From an uncultured delta proteobacterium (GTDB taxonomy: Bacteria > Desulfobacterota > WTBG01), in the NCBI GenBank assembly GCA_963793865.1, contig CAWCBP010000008.1, positions 32,001 to 96,000 on the forward strand: a DNA stretch of 64,000 nt, in the 5' to 3' direction. Under the pieces are notes generated by a model. It had not been told where the DNA came from and did not search any database. It saw nothing but the letters and a program-made list of their open reading frames with translations. Shown here one piece after another: positions 60,636 to 64,000 of this stretch; the first letter of the stretch is position 1; each line of letters begins with the position of its first letter. The position numbers and the translations under genes are program-made.

Positions 60636-61502
60636 ATGGAGAACAGTAGAATTCTGCCGGAATTTGACCTGCTATTGCCTGCCAGTGTTGCCGAGGCGGT
60701 CAAAATGCTCTCGGTGCATAAGGACAAAGCATCCATCATGGCCGGCGGGACGGATATCATTGTTTCCGCCACCCAGGGATTTGCTACGCCGTATGTCATC
60801 AGCCTGGCAAAGATTAAAGATCTTGACTTCATTGACTATGACGATGCGAAAGGCCTGCGGATCGGTCCCATGACCACGTTGCAGAAAATTGCTGACAGCC
60901 CGATTATACAGAAAAAGTACCCGGCCCTGAGCAAGTCAGCCGCCACAAATGGTACGCCCCAGACGCGTAACCTGGGAACGGTGGTCGGCAATATTCTGCG
61001 CGCCTCACCCTCGGGTGACTGTGCCTGCGCGGTCCTTGCCCTCGGGGGAACGCTGGTGCTGCAGAGCGCTGCCGGCACGCGCGAAGTGAGCGTTGATGAG
61101 TTTTTTATCGGATACAAGAAGACGGCAAGAAAAGCGGATGAGCTCGCGGTTGAGCTTAAGCTTCCGCCGCCGGCTACAGCGTCGACATCAGCCTTTAACC
61201 GCATCACCCGCACCACCCTTGACCTTTCCAAGGTAAACTGCGCTGTTTCACTGCAGATGAACGGCAAGACCTGCACACAGGCCCGGATCGCCATGGGAGC
61301 TGTGGCGCCGACCACCCTGCGCCTGAAAAAAAGCGAAGAGCTGCTGAAAGGGCAGAAGATAACTGATGAGCTTCTCAAGAAGGTAGCCGCATCGGTTGCG
61401 GGCCAGATTGTTCCGATTGATGATGTCCGGTCAACCGCGGAATACCGTAAAGACGTATCCGGCGTCATTCTGAAGCGTACCATTCAGGCAGCGCTCGCAT
61501 AA
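60636..61502 (+). CDS. Xanthine dehydrogenase-family FAD-binding subunit (CoxM-like)
   Basis: AGGTD, RNLGTVVGN, ASPSGD, PIDDVRSTAEYR. Confidence 0.92.
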   Translation: MENSRILPEFDLLLPASVAEAVKMLSVHKDKASIMAGGTDIIVSATQGFATPYVISLAKIKDLDFIDYDDAKGLRIGPMTTLQKIADSPIIQKKYPALSKSAATNGTPQTRNLGTVVGNILRASPSGDCACAVLALGGTLVLQSAAGTREVSVDEFFIGYKKTARKADELAVELKLPPPATASTSAFNRITRTTLDLSKVNCAVSLQMNGKTCTQARIAMGAVAPTTLRLKKSEELLKGQKITDELLKKVAASVAGQIVPIDDVRSTAEYRKDVSGVILKRTIQAALA

Positions 61503-61528
61503 TAATAAAGCAAAAGGAGAAAAACATT

Positions 61529-62029
61529 ATGACCAAACACCCCATCACCCTGTATATCAACGGGCAGGAATTCAATGTTTTTGTGTCCGGCCATCACACG
61601 CTTGTGCAGGTCATTCGCGATCAGCTCAATTTGACGGAGGTGAAAGTCTGCTGCGGCCGCGGCGAATGCGGCGCCTGCTCGGTTTTGGTTGATGATCCAG
61701 ACGAGCCCTCAGGCCGCAAGGTCATTGATGCCTGTCTGGTGCTTGCCGCCGCCTATGACGGCAGAAAAATCACCACCTCATTCGGTCTTGCCAAAGACGG
61801 CGTGTTGAATCCCGTACAGCAGGCCTTTGTGGAAGAAAGCGCCGTTCAGTGCGGGTTTTGCACCCCGGGCATGGTGGTTAAGGGCACGGCGATACTTGAG
61901 AGAAACCCCACGGCTACCGAGGATGAGATCCGCTTCGGTCTGGAAGGCAATATCTGCCGCTGCACCGGTTATGTGAAAATAGTTGATGCCGTTCAGAAAG
62001 CCAGGGACGCAATGTCCGCAAACAAATAA
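61529..62029 (+). CDS. Xanthine dehydrogenase-family 2Fe-2S subunit (CoxS-like)
   Basis: CGRGECGAC, QCGFCTPG, GNICRCTGY. Confidence 0.94.
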   Translation: MTKHPITLYINGQEFNVFVSGHHTLVQVIRDQLNLTEVKVCCGRGECGACSVLVDDPDEPSGRKVIDACLVLAAAYDGRKITTSFGLAKDGVLNPVQQAFVEESAVQCGFCTPGMVVKGTAILERNPTATEDEIRFGLEGNICRCTGYVKIVDAVQKARDAMSANK

Positions 62030-62046
62030 GCATGGAGGTAGCACAA

Positions 62047-64000
62047 ATGGGTACATGTGGAAGCACATGCGGGAGTTCAAATGCTGTTGTGGGGAAAAGA
62101 ATCCCCAAGGTGGATTCGCGCGAGAAGGTCCTCGGCAAGGCTGAATATGCCAGCGATCTGCGCATGAAGGATATGCTGTACGGAAAAATTGTTCGTTGCT
62201 GGGACTATGCTCATGCGAAAGTGAAGAGCATCGATTTTTCCGAAGCCCGGAAGGTGCCCGGGGTGGTGAAATGCCTCGGCCCGAATGATGTCACCAAGAA
62301 GGGCTATAACTCAACGGTTATGAAGCTGTTTGTGCCCGAGGCTTTTTGCGAGGTCTTCGGCGAAATTTCCGAGATGCATATTTTCACCGACCATGTGAAG
62401 TATCAGGGCGACGGCGTATGCGGCATTATCGCCGAGAGCGAAGAGGCCGCTGCGCGGGCCGCTGAAAAAGTTAAAATTGAGTATGAGCCGCTGCCGGTCT
62501 ACCGGACCATCGAGGAGTCGCGCAAGCCCGATGCCGTTCAGTTTACGCCCCTCAAGCCCGGCAACCTGGCAGGCGAGTTCGACGAACGGGCGTTTCCCCA
62601 ATAAGCAATATGGCTGGCCTGATGCGAAGACCGGCAAATGGGGAGAGGAGCTTGAGGCTGAGTGCGATCTGGTGCTCAAAGAGACTTTCTATGTGCCCAA
62701 GCAGAAGCAATGCCAGATGGAAAACCACTGCGCCGTGGCGCTCTATGATGAGCGCGGCCGGTTGAACTGCTGGTCTTCAACCCAGATGCCCAAGCCCGTG
62801 CAGACCCTGCTTGCGGAGCTGTTCGATCTGCCCATGTCCCGCGTGCGCTATATTCAGACCACGGTCGGCGGCGGTTTCGGCGGCCGCCTGGGCATGGTCA
62901 TCGAGCCCCAGGCCTGCGCCCTGGCCATGGCTGTTCCCGGACGTCCGGTCAGGGTTGAATTCCTGCGCGAGGAAGACTGGCTTGCTTCCGAAACCCGCTG
63001 GAACGGCGATTTTGACATGAAGATGGGTTTCAAGAAGGACGGCACCCCGGTTTTTGTGCAGGCTGCTATCCGCGCCAGAAAGGGCGGCTATTATACCCAT
63101 GGTAATGGCGCGGTTTTTTGCGCAGCCGCATTCATCCACGGCATGTACAAGTGGCAGACCATGGCGTGCACGGGCGAAAGCTATTTTACCAATGGGGCGC
63201 CCTGCGGCGCTTTCCGCGGCTACGGCAATCCGCAGACCACCTTCTGCCAGGAGCAGATGATTGAAATGGCCTGTGAAAAGCTCGGTATCGATTCCATCGA
63301 ATGGCGCAGAAAATGGCATAAGTCGATCGGCGATGAGACATGGCTGAAAGGCGTCTGCTTTGCCTCCGACGGTCTTAATGACTGCATTGAGACGGCAGCC
63401 AGGTATTTCAACTATGAAGAAAAGAAAAAGAAATACGCCAAGCCCCAGAAAGGCCCGATCCGCCGAGGCATGGGCATGGCCGTCATGGAGCATACCTCCG
63501 GCGCATTTCCCATGCTGCTTGAGCATACCGTCTGCACGGTGCGCCTGAATGAAGACTGCTCGGTCGAAGTTATGCAGTCCGTATCCGATTTGGGCACGGG
63601 CGGCCATACCGCCATCACCCAGATGGCGGCCGATACTCTCGGTTTCCCCATGGAGGATGTCCATCTGCGCAGCGGCGATTCAGACCTGAACGGCTTTGAT
63701 ATCGGCGCGCATGCCAGCCGGACGGTGTACTGCGGCGGTCCCGCCACCATCGAGGCCTGCGAAAGCGTGAAGCGGCAGCTCCTGGAGCGGGCGGCGGTGC
63801 TGCTTGAAGCGAATGTGGCTGATCTTGAAATGGACGGCAATAAGATCATTTCAGTGAAGGGGAATCCCCAGAAATCAGTTGACGCCCGGATTATCGCCAA
63901 GCAGGGAGTCGCCAATTACATTGATCTGAATACCGGCAAGCCTATCGGCACCCCCGGCCAGATCCAGGGCTATTCGAGCTTCTTTGCCAAGCATTGCTCG
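62047..64000 (+). CDS. Xanthine dehydrogenase-family molybdopterin subunit; +1 indel at 62596-62599, truncated by window end
   Basis: KVLGKAEY, then after the shift QCQME, WSSTQ, VGGGFGG, AFRGYGNPQ, DLGTG, HASR; frame stays open to 64000. Confidence 0.9.

Noticed and set aside
62047..64000. Aerobic CO dehydrogenase CoxL
   Set aside because: Active-site loop is AFRGYG, not AYxCSFR

Overview
Bacterial chromosomal window, GC-rich in most coding regions. Gene content (sigma54 activator, DUF1302/LolA-like/MMPL modules, B12 radical SAM enzymes, Mo-hydroxylase) suggests an anaerobic diderm such as a Desulfobacterota member; this is inference. Left: housekeeping genes (panBC, UDG, coaBC, hflX, miaA, apt, NCS2 permease), a MITE-like element, a MarR regulator and a cyclase-STAND-TPR gene. 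14.6-28.1 kb: a long co-directional operon coupling a trans-envelope hydrophobic-molecule transport set (MMPL, two LolA-like proteins, DUF1302 barrel) with a B12 radical SAM enzyme and a diverged nucleoside phosphorylase / MtnA isomerase / class II aldolase-SCP2 / aldehyde dehydrogenase series. This is the best candidate for an undescribed system. Middle: a membrane-anchored bilin-reductase-fold protein, an acyl-CoA ligase / standalone E2 / ADH / LsrF set, two tandem very Cys-rich secreted cohesin/dockerin-like proteins, and an AT-richer GT-C/methyltransferase island. Right: an amino-sugar operon (long YvcK, GlmU lacking its uridylyltransferase domain, GlmM, NagB, orphan nucleotidyltransferase-like protein; no glmS) and a sigma54-controlled xanthine-dehydrogenase-family operon running off the end. 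Intergenic regions carry several REP-like and heptamer repeat families. At least six genes are broken by single-base insertions, probably sequencing errors. No rRNA, tRNA or CRISPR array was recognised. All family assignments come from motif recognition by eye, not from database searches.
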